DNA of 64,000 bases from Obrimoposthia wandeli (lineage: Eukaryota). The notes under the pieces are model-generated. The model did no database searches. It was not told the DNA's origin and saw only the letters and a program-made list of their open reading frames with translations. Positions 21,001 through 29,820 of the stretch are shown piece after piece (within the stretch, counting starts at the first letter, position 1; every line of letters starts with the position of its first letter). The translations under genes were made by a program, and so were the position numbers. The stretch covers positions 1 to 64,000 of the forward strand of contig CDROCS010006437.1 in assembly GCA_977020255.1 (NCBI GenBank), written 5' to 3'.

Positions 21001-23261
21001 CAACTGTAGATTTAGCTTGGAGTGGTTCAACAGATAATGTTGGAGTTACAGGATATGATATTTATAAGGACAATGTTCTTTTAACTTCTGTTACTGGAGC
21101 TTCGTATCAAGTAACTGGATTAACTAATGGTACAGCTTATAATTTTAAAGTAAAAGCAAAAGATGCTGCTGGAAACGTCTCTTTGGATAGTAATATTGTT
21201 TCAATTACAACGGTTACTTCTCCTGATACTCAAGCGCCAACATCTCCAGTATTAACAAGCAATTCTATTACAGAAACAACTGTTGATTTAGTTTGGAGTG
21301 GTTCAACTGATAATGTTGGAGTTACTGGATATGATGTTTATAGAAATGGAGTTCTTTTAACTTCTGTTACTGGAACTTCTTATCAAGCAACTGGTTTAAC
21401 TTCAGGTAGTTCTTATAATTTTACTGTAAAAGCAAAAGATGCTGCTGGAAATATTTCGGCAAATAGTAATACAGAAACTATTACAACTGTTACACCAGAT
21501 ACTCAAGCTCCTACATCTGCTGTTTTAACTACAAGTAATATTACTCAAAGTACGGTTGATCTATCTTGGACTGCTTCTACTGATAATGTTGGAGTTACTG
21601 GATATGATGTTTATAAAAACAATGTTCTTTTAACTTCTGTTACAGGGACTTCTTATCAAGCAACAGGATTAACAGCTAATACATCTTATAATTTTACTAT
21701 CAAAGCAAAAGATGCTGCTGGAAATACGTCTGACAGTAATACTGCAACTATTACAACCTTAATACAATCATTAACTTATTGTGCTTCTAAAGGAAATAGT
21801 GTTGCTGATGAATTTATTAGTAATGTTCAAATTGGTACAATTAACAATGCTTCAAATGGAAGTAATGGTTATACAGATCACACTTCAATTTCTACTAGTT
21901 TAAATAAAGGTGTAGCTGCAACAATAACAATTACTCCGACATGGACAGGTACTTTGTACAATGAAGGTTATGGAGTTTGGATTGATTACAACCAAAATGG
22001 AGACTTTACAGATGCTGGTGAACAAGTTTGGACTAAATCAGCTTCAAAAACAACACCTGTTAGTGGATCTTTTACAATTCCAACAAGTGCAACAAACGGA
22101 GCAACGAGAATGAGAGTTTCTATGAAATATAATGGAATTCCATCCGCTTGTGAAGCATTTTCTTATGGTGAAGTTGAAGACTATACAGTAGTTTTAAATT
22201 CAGCTGCTCCAGATACGCAAGCTCCAAGTGCTCCTTCATTAAGTTCAGCTAACATTACACAATCAAGTGTTAACTTATCGTGGAGTGGATCAACAGACAA
22301 TGTTAGTGTAACTGGATATGATGTTTACCAAGATGGAAGTTTAATAACTTCCGTTTCAGGCACAAGTTATCAAGCTTCAGGATTAACAGCTGTTACAACA
22401 TATAACTTTACTGTAAGATCTAAAGATGCTGCTGGAAATATTTCAGGAGATAGTAATACTGAATCAATAACTACATTGCTAGGAAATCCAAATTCTACAA
22501 CTGTTCTTCACCAAGGATTCTTTGAATCTGGATGGGATGGTTGGTCTGACGGAGGAAGTGATGTTGCACGTGATGGAACTAGTGCTTATGCCAATGAAGG
22601 AAGCTTTTCAATCCGTCTAAGAGATAATTCAGGAACAGGATCAGCAATGACTCTTTCTAATATGGATTTAAGTACATACGATGCTGTAAAAGTTGAATTC
22701 TACTTCTACTCTCGTAGTATGGAAAGTGGTGAAGATTTTTGGTTAAGATATCACAATGGTACAACTTGGTCTACAGTGGCAAGTTATGCTCGTGGAACTG
22801 ATTTCGAAAACAATGGATTCTATACTGCGACCGTTACGCTAGATAAGGCAAACTTCAACCTAGCTTCGAACGCACAATTTAGATTCCAATGTGATGCCTC
22901 AGGAAATGCAGATTACATTTATATGGATCAAATTACTATAAGCGGGATAGTTGGAACTGGAAGAACTGATAGAAACGGAGACAGTGCTATTTTGGTTAAA
23001 TCAATGAATGTTGACGATAGAGATTTTGAAGAGATTGATGATTTCGTTGTATATCCAAACCCTGTTAAAGGTCAATTTATTAGTATTCAAATGGCTAATA
23101 AAGAAAATGCAACTTATAAAATTGCAAATATTTTAGGTCAAACTGTTCAAGCAGGTGATTTAAAAGGTGAAATTAATGTTGCTAATTTAAAAGCAGGGTT
23201 ATACATTATTGAAGTAAATGATGGTGATGAAATTCTTTCCAAGAAATTCATTAAAGAATAA
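18033..23261 (+). CDS. Reprolysin-like (M12B) zinc metalloprotease with 6 FN3, 2 GEVED, a jelly-roll module and T9SS CTD (1742 aa)
   Basis: HELGHQFGGNH zinc motif plus Met-turn STIMGY; two literal GEVEDY motifs; five DT(E/Q)AP...DNVGVTGYD...KDAAGN FN3 units plus one earlier FN3; CTD VYPNPVKG...KKFIKE. Confidence 0.92.
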   Translation: MIKKLLFLTFILSFTYGFSQSVNPWVKSSKNDKNNVLQNRNQIANTFQVFSLDVTVLNKALTNSPKRGGYLQKSSTIIEFPNSKGKFERFSIFEASVMHPDLQAKYPTIKSYAGKGIDDPTATIRFSISQLGLKTMTIAAGKNAVFIEPYTSDYSQYMVYDKKSKNASLNSFECLVKDDISSKIKSNPAARPNADDGTLRTFRLAMSASGDYTAHFGGTKANALAAINATMTRVNGIYEIDFGVTMELIANTDAVIYTNASTDPYTTSLNSQLQSTLTNVIGESNYDVGHLVHKGGNNGNAGCIGCVCVNNQKGSGYTSHGTPEGDNFDVDYVAHELGHQFGGNHTWTHNGNEGTNAQVEPGSGSTIMGYAGITGATDVQPHSDPYFHAMSIQQITNYVKTTSCQTNTATGNNVPTALAGANYTIPKSTPFILTGDGTDADGNNLSYCWEQMDENNAATKYPSTTATTGIAFRSFSPSALKTRSFPQLSTVLAGNTSTQWEAMPSVARTLNFRLTVRDNVAGGGANNSDDMVVTVNSSTGPFVVSSPNTNVTWNVSQSQTVNWDVAGTNGGAVNSQTVNILLSTDGGNTYPITLATGVSNNGSAQITVPNNVGTQNRVKVEAADNIFYDVSNSNFTIAGEVVCNATVPTGVNSSNVSATGATIAWNSVSGATYNVQYRQVGTTPWTTVNTGGISTNLTGLNTLTQYEAQVQSVCSSGSSAFSSSVNFTTLDQVLTYCASKGNSVADEFISNVQIGTINNSSNGSNGYTDHTSTSTNLNKGEAVTITITPTWNGTVYDEGYAVWIDYNKNGSFTDAGEQVWTKAASKTTPVSGTFTVPSGAVTGTTTMRVSMKYNGVPTACEAFSYGEVEDYTVVLMDSAPDTEAPTAATLSSSNITDTTVDLSWSGSSDNVGVTGYDIYKDNVLLTSISGTTYQATGLTDATTYNFKVKSKDAAGNVSTDSNIVSITTLTTPDTQAPTATTLTHSNVTETTVDLAWSGSTDNVGVTGYDIYKDNVLLTSVTGASYQVTGLTNGTAYNFKVKAKDAAGNVSLDSNIVSITTVTSPDTQAPTSPVLTSNSITETTVDLVWSGSTDNVGVTGYDVYRNGVLLTSVTGTSYQATGLTSGSSYNFTVKAKDAAGNISANSNTETITTVTPDTQAPTSAVLTTSNITQSTVDLSWTASTDNVGVTGYDVYKNNVLLTSVTGTSYQATGLTANTSYNFTIKAKDAAGNTSDSNTATITTLIQSLTYCASKGNSVADEFISNVQIGTINNASNGSNGYTDHTSISTSLNKGVAATITITPTWTGTLYNEGYGVWIDYNQNGDFTDAGEQVWTKSASKTTPVSGSFTIPTSATNGATRMRVSMKYNGIPSACEAFSYGEVEDYTVVLNSAAPDTQAPSAPSLSSANITQSSVNLSWSGSTDNVSVTGYDVYQDGSLITSVSGTSYQASGLTAVTTYNFTVRSKDAAGNISGDSNTESITTLLGNPNSTTVLHQGFFESGWDGWSDGGSDVARDGTSAYANEGSFSIRLRDNSGTGSAMTLSNMDLSTYDAVKVEFYFYSRSMESGEDFWLRYHNGTTWSTVASYARGTDFENNGFYTATVTLDKANFNLASNAQFRFQCDASGNADYIYMDQITISGIVGTGRTDRNGDSAILVKSMNVDDRDFEEIDDFVVYPNPVKGQFISIQMANKENATYKIANILGQTVQAGDLKGEINVANLKAGLYIIEVNDGDEILSKKFIKE
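20697..21760 (+). repeat. Four tandem FN3-coding repeats inside the reprolysin gene
   Basis: Recurrent GATAATGTTGG(A/T)GTTAC(T/A)GGATATGAT and AAAGATGCTGCTGGAAA at roughly 280-bp spacing. Confidence 0.85.
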
Positions 23262-23280
23262 TCTTTACTTATTTTTAATA

Positions 23281-23313
23281 AAAAAACCTGAGAATCACTT
23301 CTCGGGTTTTTTT
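23281..23313 (+). terminator. Intrinsic terminator after the reprolysin gene
   Basis: AACCTGAGAA-tcac-TTCTCGGGTT stem followed by a T tract. Confidence 0.8.
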
Positions 23314-23340
23314 ATGTAGTTTTGTCAAAATTTATATTGA

Positions 23341-25197
23341 ATGAATTACGTTTCTGTTGAAAACATATCAAAATCTTACGGTGAAGTTGAACTTTTTAGT
23401 GATATTTCCTTTGGAATAAATAAGGATCAAAAAATTGCTTTTATCGCCAAAAACGGAACTGGTAAAACAACCATTCTAAATATTTTAGCAGGGTTAGGAA
23501 GTTCTGATACAGGACAAGTAATTTCAAGAAAAGGATTAAAAGTTGAATACCTTGCTCAAGAAGATAATTTAGATTTTGAATCAACCATTGAAGAAATAAT
23601 ATTCAATTCTGATAATGATACCTTAAAAATAATTGAGGAATACGAAATTGCACTAAAAGATCCATCCGATGAAAAAGCATATCAAATAGCTTTTGAAAAT
23701 ATGGAACAACACAATGCGTGGGATTTTGAAACACAATACAAGCAAATTTTATTCAAATTAAAATTAGATGATTTATCCCAAAAAGTTGGAGCTTTATCTG
23801 GTGGTCAAAGAAAACGTTTAGCTCTCGCTGTTATTTTAATTCATAAGCCCGATTTATTAATACTTGACGAGCCAACGAATCATTTAGATTTAGAAATGAT
23901 TGAATGGCTAGAAAGCTACTTTAAAAAGGAAAAAATAACCTTATTTATGGTAACACATGATAGGTATTTTCTTGAACGCGTTTGTAATGAAATTGTAGAA
24001 TTAGACAATGGAGGTTTTTATACCTACAAAGGTAACTACTCCTACTATTTACAAAAAAAAGAGGAACGTATAGCTACAGAACAGGCAAGCGTTGATAAGG
24101 CAAAAAATCTATTTACAAAAGAATTAGATTGGATGCGTAGACAGCCAAAAGCGAGAACTACAAAATCTAAATCCAGAATTGATGACTTTTACAAAATAAA
24201 AGAAGAAGCACATAAAAGAAGAGACAACCATAGTGTCCAATTAGAAATAAATATGGAACGTATGGGTTCTAAAATTTTAGAATTGCATAGTATTTCAAAA
24301 TCTTTTGGAGATTTAAAAATATTAGACAAATTTGAATATGTTTTTAAACGAGGTGAACGCATAGGAATTATTGGAAAAAATGGTACTGGAAAATCTTCAT
24401 TTTTAAACATTATCACTCAAGGTTTGCCAGTAGATTCTGGAAAAGTTGTTGTTGGCGAAACTATAAAATTTGGTTATTACACCCAAGATGGAATCAACCC
24501 AAAACCAGGACAAAAGGTTATTGAAATTATTAAGGAATACGGAGAATATATTCCTTTAACCAAAGGAAGAAAAATTTCTGCAGCTCAACTATTAGAACGG
24601 TTTTTATTTAGCAGAAAAAGACAGTATGACTTTGTTGAAAAACTAAGTGGTGGTGAAAGAAAACGTTTGTATTTATGTACAGTTTTAATTCAAAATCCTA
24701 ACTTTTTAATATTAGATGAGCCTACAAATGACCTTGATATTATTACTTTAAATGTATTGGAGAATTTCCTATTAGATTTCCCTGGATGTTTATTAGTTGT
24801 TTCACATGATAGGTACTTTATGGATAAAATAGTAGATCATTTATTTGTCTTTAGAGGTGAGGGAGAAATTGAAGATTTCCCTGGAAACTATTCTGATTAT
24901 AGAACTTACGAAGATTCTAGACCTAAAGAAATTGCAACTACAGTTCAAAAAACTGATACACGCCAAAAAACAACAAAAGTTAAATTAACTTTTAAAGAGA
25001 AAAAAGAGTTTGATGCAATTGAAGGCGAAATAGAAAAACTTAATACTCAAAAAGAAGAAATTGAAGCTAAATTTTTAGACGGATCTGTTTTTGGCGATGA
25101 GGTAAATGAGTTATCTATCAAACTTCAGGAAATTATTTCTAAAATTGATAAAAAAGAAGAACGTTGGTTTGAACTTTCTTCAAAACTAGAAGATTAA
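23341..25197 (+). CDS. ABC-F family ATPase (Uup-like)
   Basis: Two NBDs (KNGTGKT, LSGGQRKR, LDEPTNHLD; KNGTGKS, LSGGERKR, LDEPTNDLD), inter-domain linker, C-terminal coiled coil KLTFKEKKE; own -7 box TAGTTTTG at 23317-23324. Confidence 0.92.
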   Translation: MNYVSVENISKSYGEVELFSDISFGINKDQKIAFIAKNGTGKTTILNILAGLGSSDTGQVISRKGLKVEYLAQEDNLDFESTIEEIIFNSDNDTLKIIEEYEIALKDPSDEKAYQIAFENMEQHNAWDFETQYKQILFKLKLDDLSQKVGALSGGQRKRLALAVILIHKPDLLILDEPTNHLDLEMIEWLESYFKKEKITLFMVTHDRYFLERVCNEIVELDNGGFYTYKGNYSYYLQKKEERIATEQASVDKAKNLFTKELDWMRRQPKARTTKSKSRIDDFYKIKEEAHKRRDNHSVQLEINMERMGSKILELHSISKSFGDLKILDKFEYVFKRGERIGIIGKNGTGKSSFLNIITQGLPVDSGKVVVGETIKFGYYTQDGINPKPGQKVIEIIKEYGEYIPLTKGRKISAAQLLERFLFSRKRQYDFVEKLSGGERKRLYLCTVLIQNPNFLILDEPTNDLDIITLNVLENFLLDFPGCLLVVSHDRYFMDKIVDHLFVFRGEGEIEDFPGNYSDYRTYEDSRPKEIATTVQKTDTRQKTTKVKLTFKEKKEFDAIEGEIEKLNTQKEEIEAKFLDGSVFGDEVNELSIKLQEIISKIDKKEERWFELSSKLED

Positions 25198-25914
25198 TTA
25201 AACACTTATAATATTTGAAGGGTTAATTAATGGTTCATTGTTAAATCTCAATAATAATTGAGCAACAGCAACTGTGTCCTTTTCACAATATTTAACAATG
25301 CGTTCAATATTTTTTTCTTTATAAAAAACAGCACCTACTTCGCTTCCATCAATATCATCTTTAGGTGATGGAATACCTAATATTGAGGTTAGTAATTTTA
25401 AAGAAGTAAAATGTTTATAGTCTCCAAATTTCCATAAATCCATAGTATCAATATGTGGAACTTCCCAAGGTTTTTTTCCAAATAAATTTAATTTTTCTGG
25501 CAATCCAATTTGGTGAATAATCATTCTTCTAGCAATAAAAGGAAAATCAAATTCCTTTCCATTATGACCACATAATAAATGATATGGTTTGTTAAAATGA
25601 TTCTCCAGTAACTTTTTAAAATCTTCTAAAATTTTTGATTCTTCACCATAAAAAGAAGTAACTCTAAACTCTCTATTTTCAGATTTAAAATTGACAAAAT
25701 AACCAACCGAAATACAAACAATAATTCCAAATTCAGCCCAAATTCCAGCTCTATCATAAAATTCTTCTGGTGTAAATTCTTCCTTTCTTTGATATTGCGT
25801 TTTTAATGAAAATAAGTGTTGTTTTTCTTCTGATAAATCCTTGAAGTTTTCAACCTCAGGCACCGTTTCAATATCCAAAAACAAAATGTTTTCAAAGTTC
25901 GTTTTTATGTTCAT
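25198..25914 (-). CDS. 3'-5' exonuclease (PolB-exo-like, DEDD)
   Basis: FLDIETVP, GHNGKEFDFPF, HIDTMDLW, YCEKDT motifs. Confidence 0.88.
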   Translation of the reverse strand: MNIKTNFENILFLDIETVPEVENFKDLSEEKQHLFSLKTQYQRKEEFTPEEFYDRAGIWAEFGIIVCISVGYFVNFKSENREFRVTSFYGEESKILEDFKKLLENHFNKPYHLLCGHNGKEFDFPFIARRMIIHQIGLPEKLNLFGKKPWEVPHIDTMDLWKFGDYKHFTSLKLLTSILGIPSPKDDIDGSEVGAVFYKEKNIERIVKYCEKDTVAVAQLLLRFNNEPLINPSNIISV

Positions 25915-25940
25915 AGCTGTTTTTGAGATAAATATAACAA

Positions 25941-25970
25941 AAAAAGCATCTTAAAATTAAGATGCTTTTT
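25941..25970. terminator. Intrinsic terminator downstream of the small T9SS gene
   Basis: AAAAAGCATCTT-aaaatt-AAGATGCTTTTT inverted repeat. Confidence 0.75.
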
Positions 25971-25989
25971 AAAATTATGTTTTAGTAAT

Positions 25990-26814
25990 TTATTTAATTA
26001 CTAATTTTCTAGTAGCTATTTTACCACCTTCTGTAACTCTCATTAAATAAATTCCATTCTTTAAATTAGAAACATCAACAGTTTCGTTTGCTTGTACAGA
26101 TTTAGAAAATACTTGTTGACCAACCATTGAATAAATCTCAACAGTTTTGTTTTCTCTACTGTTAGATGAAATAACAAATTTTCCTTCAACCACAGGATTT
26201 GGATACATAGAAAAACCTTTAATTTGGTTTTCAACAACAGATAGAGTATTCGTATCTACAAAAGAAAAATCATCATAATAAACAATTCCACCAGAATAAG
26301 TTCTTACTTCAAAATAAAACTCATTTGCTATCCAGTCAAAGGAGCAGTAACAGTAGTGTATATGAACTCCAAACCCCACCATTATTATCAAGGTAAGAAT
26401 TTCCATTTGCAGGTCCATCAGTTGCTGTAAATACTCCTTCATAACTAAGAAATTCTCAGTGATCTTTGTATTCCATCTATTAAAAATTCCATCTGACCAT
26501 TTTGACCAGATTCTAGCAGTAGTAGCATCACCAGCTTCAACCTTATACCACATTGTTAAAGTATATGTTTCACCTGGTTCAATTCCTGTTATTAATTGTC
26601 CTAAATCTTTTGTTCCTCCAATATGTTTTACAGATGTAACACCTCCATGAAAATTACCCGCTCCTAAATCTTGATTTGCATTTTCAATATGAGTCCAACC
26701 TGTTGGAGTTGTAGGGTCGTCCCAAGATTCAAAATTACCATTTTGTAATTTATCTTGCCCAAAGCTTAAAGATGTAATAAATAATGTAATTAATAAAATG
26801 TAGTTTTGTTTCAT
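25990..26814 (-). CDS. T9SS type A sorting domain protein with an N-terminal CBM-like jelly-roll; probable start is the ATG at 26814, not 26943
   Basis: MKQNYILLITLFITSLSFGQ signal peptide; LQNGNFESW...YTLTMWYKV...VYYDDFSF jelly-roll; CTD MYPNPVV...RKLVIK. The central ~50 codons look frameshift-scrambled. Confidence 0.8.
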   Translation of the reverse strand: MKQNYILLITLFITSLSFGQDKLQNGNFESWDDPTTPTGWTHIENANQDLGAGNFHGGVTSVKHIGGTKDLGQLITGIEPGETYTLTMWYKVEAGDATTARIWSKWSDGIFNRWNTKITENFLVMKEYLQQLMDLQMEILTLIIMVGFGVHIHYCYCSFDWIANEFYFEVRTYSGGIVYYDDFSFVDTNTLSVVENQIKGFSMYPNPVVEGKFVISSNSRENKTVEIYSMVGQQVFSKSVQANETVDVSNLKNGIYLMRVTEGGKIATRKLVIK

Positions 26815-26830
26815 GTGTTTTTTGTGTTTA

Positions 26831-26980
26831 AATGTTAATAATAAATTTCCTATCAAATTTATCAATAAACCATATATAAATGCGTTACTATTCTCACATA
26901 TTAACAAAATATTACATTTCCTTAACAAACGGTATAAATACATTAACCAAATGTATTTTTAATGTTAGCTTAATGTTATT
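26831..26980. promoter_or_regulatory. Phased TTAAC/TAACATTAA repeat array, candidate response-regulator operator
   Basis: TTAAC at 26901, 26922 and 26943 (21-bp period); TTAATGTTA at 26959 and 26970 (11-bp period); -7 box TACATTTG at 27028-27035. Confidence 0.5.
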
Positions 26981-27057
26981 ATTTCAAAACCTTTATTATA
27001 ATTAAATTAGCAATACATAATTATGTTTACATTTGATTGTTTTTATAATTTAAAACT

Positions 27058-27756
27058 ATGAAGAATACAGATATTAAGATATTACTTGTTGATGATGAGC
27101 CAGATATTTTGGAAATTGTTGGTTACAATTTAAAAAATGAGGGATACACTATTTTTACAGCAAAAAACGGAATTGAAGCTGTTGAAATTGCTAAAAAAGA
27201 AATCCCACATTTAATAATTTTAGACATAATGATGCCTGAAATGGATGGTATTGAAGCTTGTGAAAAAATTAGATCCAGTAAAGGCCTAGAAAATGTTTTA
27301 ATAACTTTCTTTACAGCTCGTGGTGAAGATTATTCTCAGGTCGCTGGTTTTAATGTTGGTGCAGATGATTATATTACCAAACCTATTAAACCGAAAGTTT
27401 TAGTAAGTAAAATTAAAGCACTGCTTCGAAGAGTTAAAACAATTAATAATGTAGTTTCTTCAGAAAGAGTTAATGTTGGTGGAATAATTATTGATAAGGA
27501 AGAATACGTAGTTATAAAAGATGGTGTAAAATTATCTTTACCAAGAAAAGAATTTGAATTATTATCTTTACTAGCCTCAAAACCTGGAAAAGTTTTTAAA
27601 CGTGATGATATTTTAGATCGTGTTTGGGGAAATGAAGTTGTTGTTGGCGGCAGAACAATTGACGTTCATATTAGAAAATTACGCGAAAAAATTGGAGATG
27701 ATTATTTTAAAACTGTAAAAGGTGTCGGCTATAAATTTGTAATTGATGAAGATTAA
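27058..27756 (+). CDS. OmpR/PhoB-family response regulator (PhoP/RprY-like)
   Basis: LLVDDE, ILDIMMPEMDG, GADDYITKP, winged helix RTIDVHIRKLREK...TVKGVGY. Confidence 0.93.
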   Translation: MKNTDIKILLVDDEPDILEIVGYNLKNEGYTIFTAKNGIEAVEIAKKEIPHLIILDIMMPEMDGIEACEKIRSSKGLENVLITFFTARGEDYSQVAGFNVGADDYITKPIKPKVLVSKIKALLRRVKTINNVVSSERVNVGGIIIDKEEYVVIKDGVKLSLPRKEFELLSLLASKPGKVFKRDDILDRVWGNEVVVGGRTIDVHIRKLREKIGDDYFKTVKGVGYKFVIDED

Positions 27757-28795
27757 AAAAACATATGCCAATGCTTTTTGGACAGCATTGTATTTAACAT
27801 TTGTAATATCTATTACACTATTTTTAATTACCTATTTTTATTTACATACACCTATAAAAATAAGTCATTTTCTAATTTATATTTCTGGAGTCTATGTTTT
27901 TACTTTTATCATTTTTCAGTATCGACTCGAAAAATTTATTTACCAACGAATTAAAAAAATATACGATAGTGTTTCTATTTTAGATTCATCAGATTTTAAT
28001 AAAACATTTATAACTTCAGATATTGATGCCTTATCTAGAGAAGTGCAAAAATTTGCTGAAAACAAACAAGAGCAAATCAAAAATTTAACACTTAGAGAGG
28101 GTTATAGAAGAGAATTTTTAGGAAACGTTTCTCACGAATTAAAAACACCTTTATTTACTGTTCAAGGATATTTGTTAACCTTATCTGATGGAGCAATTGA
28201 TGATAAAGAAGTAAGTAAAAAATACCTAGAAAGAGCCAATAAAGGAGTTGAAAGGCTTATTGCTATTGTAAAAGATTTAGACTTAATTTCAAAATTAGAA
28301 TCGGCAGATTTAAATTTAAATAAGCAACCTTTTGATATTATTGAATTGATAAAAGATGTATTTGAATTGCTTGAAATGAAAGCCAAAAAAAGAAATATTT
28401 CTTTACTACTTGATAAGCAATATGAATATCCATTAATTGTAATTGGAGATATTGAAAGATATGAGCAAGTACTTACCAATTTACTTGTAAATTCTATTAA
28501 ATACGGAAAAGTAAATGGTACAACTGTAGTAAGTGTTGAGCCATCAAAGGATAATAAAGTACTTGTAAACATAAAAGATAACGGAGAAGGAATTAGTTCT
28601 GAAAATCAATCGAGAATTTTTGAAAGATTTTATAGAGTAGATCAAAGTAGATCACGAGAACAAGGTGGGTCTGGTTTAGGATTGTCTATTGTAAAACATA
28701 TTATTGAAGCTCATAGTGAACAAATTTTTGTAAAGAGTAAACTCTATAAAGGTTCTGAATTTTCATTCACCATTGAAAAGGCTGAAAAGATTTAA
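27743..28795 (+). CDS. Sensor histidine kinase (PhoR/RprX-like)
   Basis: Two N-terminal TMs, H-box VSHELKTP, N-box NLLVNSIKY, DNGEGI, RFYRVD, GGSGLGLSIVKH. Confidence 0.93.
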   Translation: MMKIKKTYANAFWTALYLTFVISITLFLITYFYLHTPIKISHFLIYISGVYVFTFIIFQYRLEKFIYQRIKKIYDSVSILDSSDFNKTFITSDIDALSREVQKFAENKQEQIKNLTLREGYRREFLGNVSHELKTPLFTVQGYLLTLSDGAIDDKEVSKKYLERANKGVERLIAIVKDLDLISKLESADLNLNKQPFDIIELIKDVFELLEMKAKKRNISLLLDKQYEYPLIVIGDIERYEQVLTNLLVNSIKYGKVNGTTVVSVEPSKDNKVLVNIKDNGEGISSENQSRIFERFYRVDQSRSREQGGSGLGLSIVKHIIEAHSEQIFVKSKLYKGSEFSFTIEKAEKI

Positions 28796-29820
28796 GTTAA
28801 CTGAAGATTCTGTTTTATTAAATCCTTTATAATTATTTAATTCATCTAGTTTTTCCAATTTAAAATCATCTTGTGAAGAAAATGGAACACTATTTTTTTC
28901 ACTCAATTGAATTGCTAAATATTCTTGTTCAAATTGTCCTAGAGTAGGAATAAAAAATGCTTTTTTACCTAAAACTGCCAAATCCATTATTGAAGTATAC
29001 CCAGATCTAGAAATAACAATTTCAGATTCGTTTATTGCTTTTTCTAAATCATTTGACAATAAATAGTTTTCAATTTTAAAATTATCTGGAGCTTTTATTG
29101 TTTCACTTTCATTTAAAACTCCTCTAACAAATAATATATTCCCTTTAAATCCTTCAAGCTCTTTTAATAACTTATTTTCTAATAATGATCGTTGAGGTTC
29201 TGGCCCCGAGAGAACAACTAACAAATCATTTTTAATCTCTAATTTTTTATATTTAAACCTACTTAGAATTCCTAAATATTTCAATTTAAAATTTACGTTT
29301 TTTGGATGTCCTAATATTCCTGAAAAACTATCTGAATTTTGAGAATCAGGAATCCAACATTCATCAAATTTTTTAATTATTTTTTGATGAAATTTTGAAG
29401 TGAAAAAAGTGGTAATACCTGATAGTACATTTATCTGATGAGTAATATAAACCGATGGTATTTTATGGCTAAAAACTCCAAATCTATTATCAGAAATAAC
29501 ACCTTTTATATTTTCTTGTTTAATGATATTATCAATTATTTTTTGCTCTTTTTTTACAGAAGAATAAATTGATGGCACACTTAAAAGCAGTTTAAACATT
29601 AAGTTTTTACCGCTTTTAGTGTACTTTATATTATATGATGGAAGTGTATAACTTTTCAGTGTAGGAAATTCTTTTTGTAGCAATTCTAAGGCATTTCCAT
29701 CACTTGCAATTATTGGACAGAAATTAGCTTCAATTAGAGCTTTTATAATAGGAATACAACGTGTTGCATGTCCTAATCCCCAATTTAATGGCGCTACAAG
29801 AATTTTTTTTTACAAGTCAA
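28763..29820 (-). CDS. Glycosyltransferase (GT-B, Glyco_tran_28_C-like); true N-terminus extends above the ORF-track start at 29683
   Basis: Frame open up to 29809 giving KKILVAPLNWGLGHATRCIP; C-terminal ISRSGYTSIMDL, PTLGQFEQEYLA. There is no in-frame ATG/GTG/TTG before the motif unless the A9 run is really A10 (TTG at 29820). Confidence 0.8.

Noticed and set aside
26815-26943. ORF-track start at 26943 (and likewise 55732 and 34948)
   Set aside because: The extensions lack signal-peptide character and run over promoter regions; downstream starts at 26814, 55675 and 34930 give typical N-termini.
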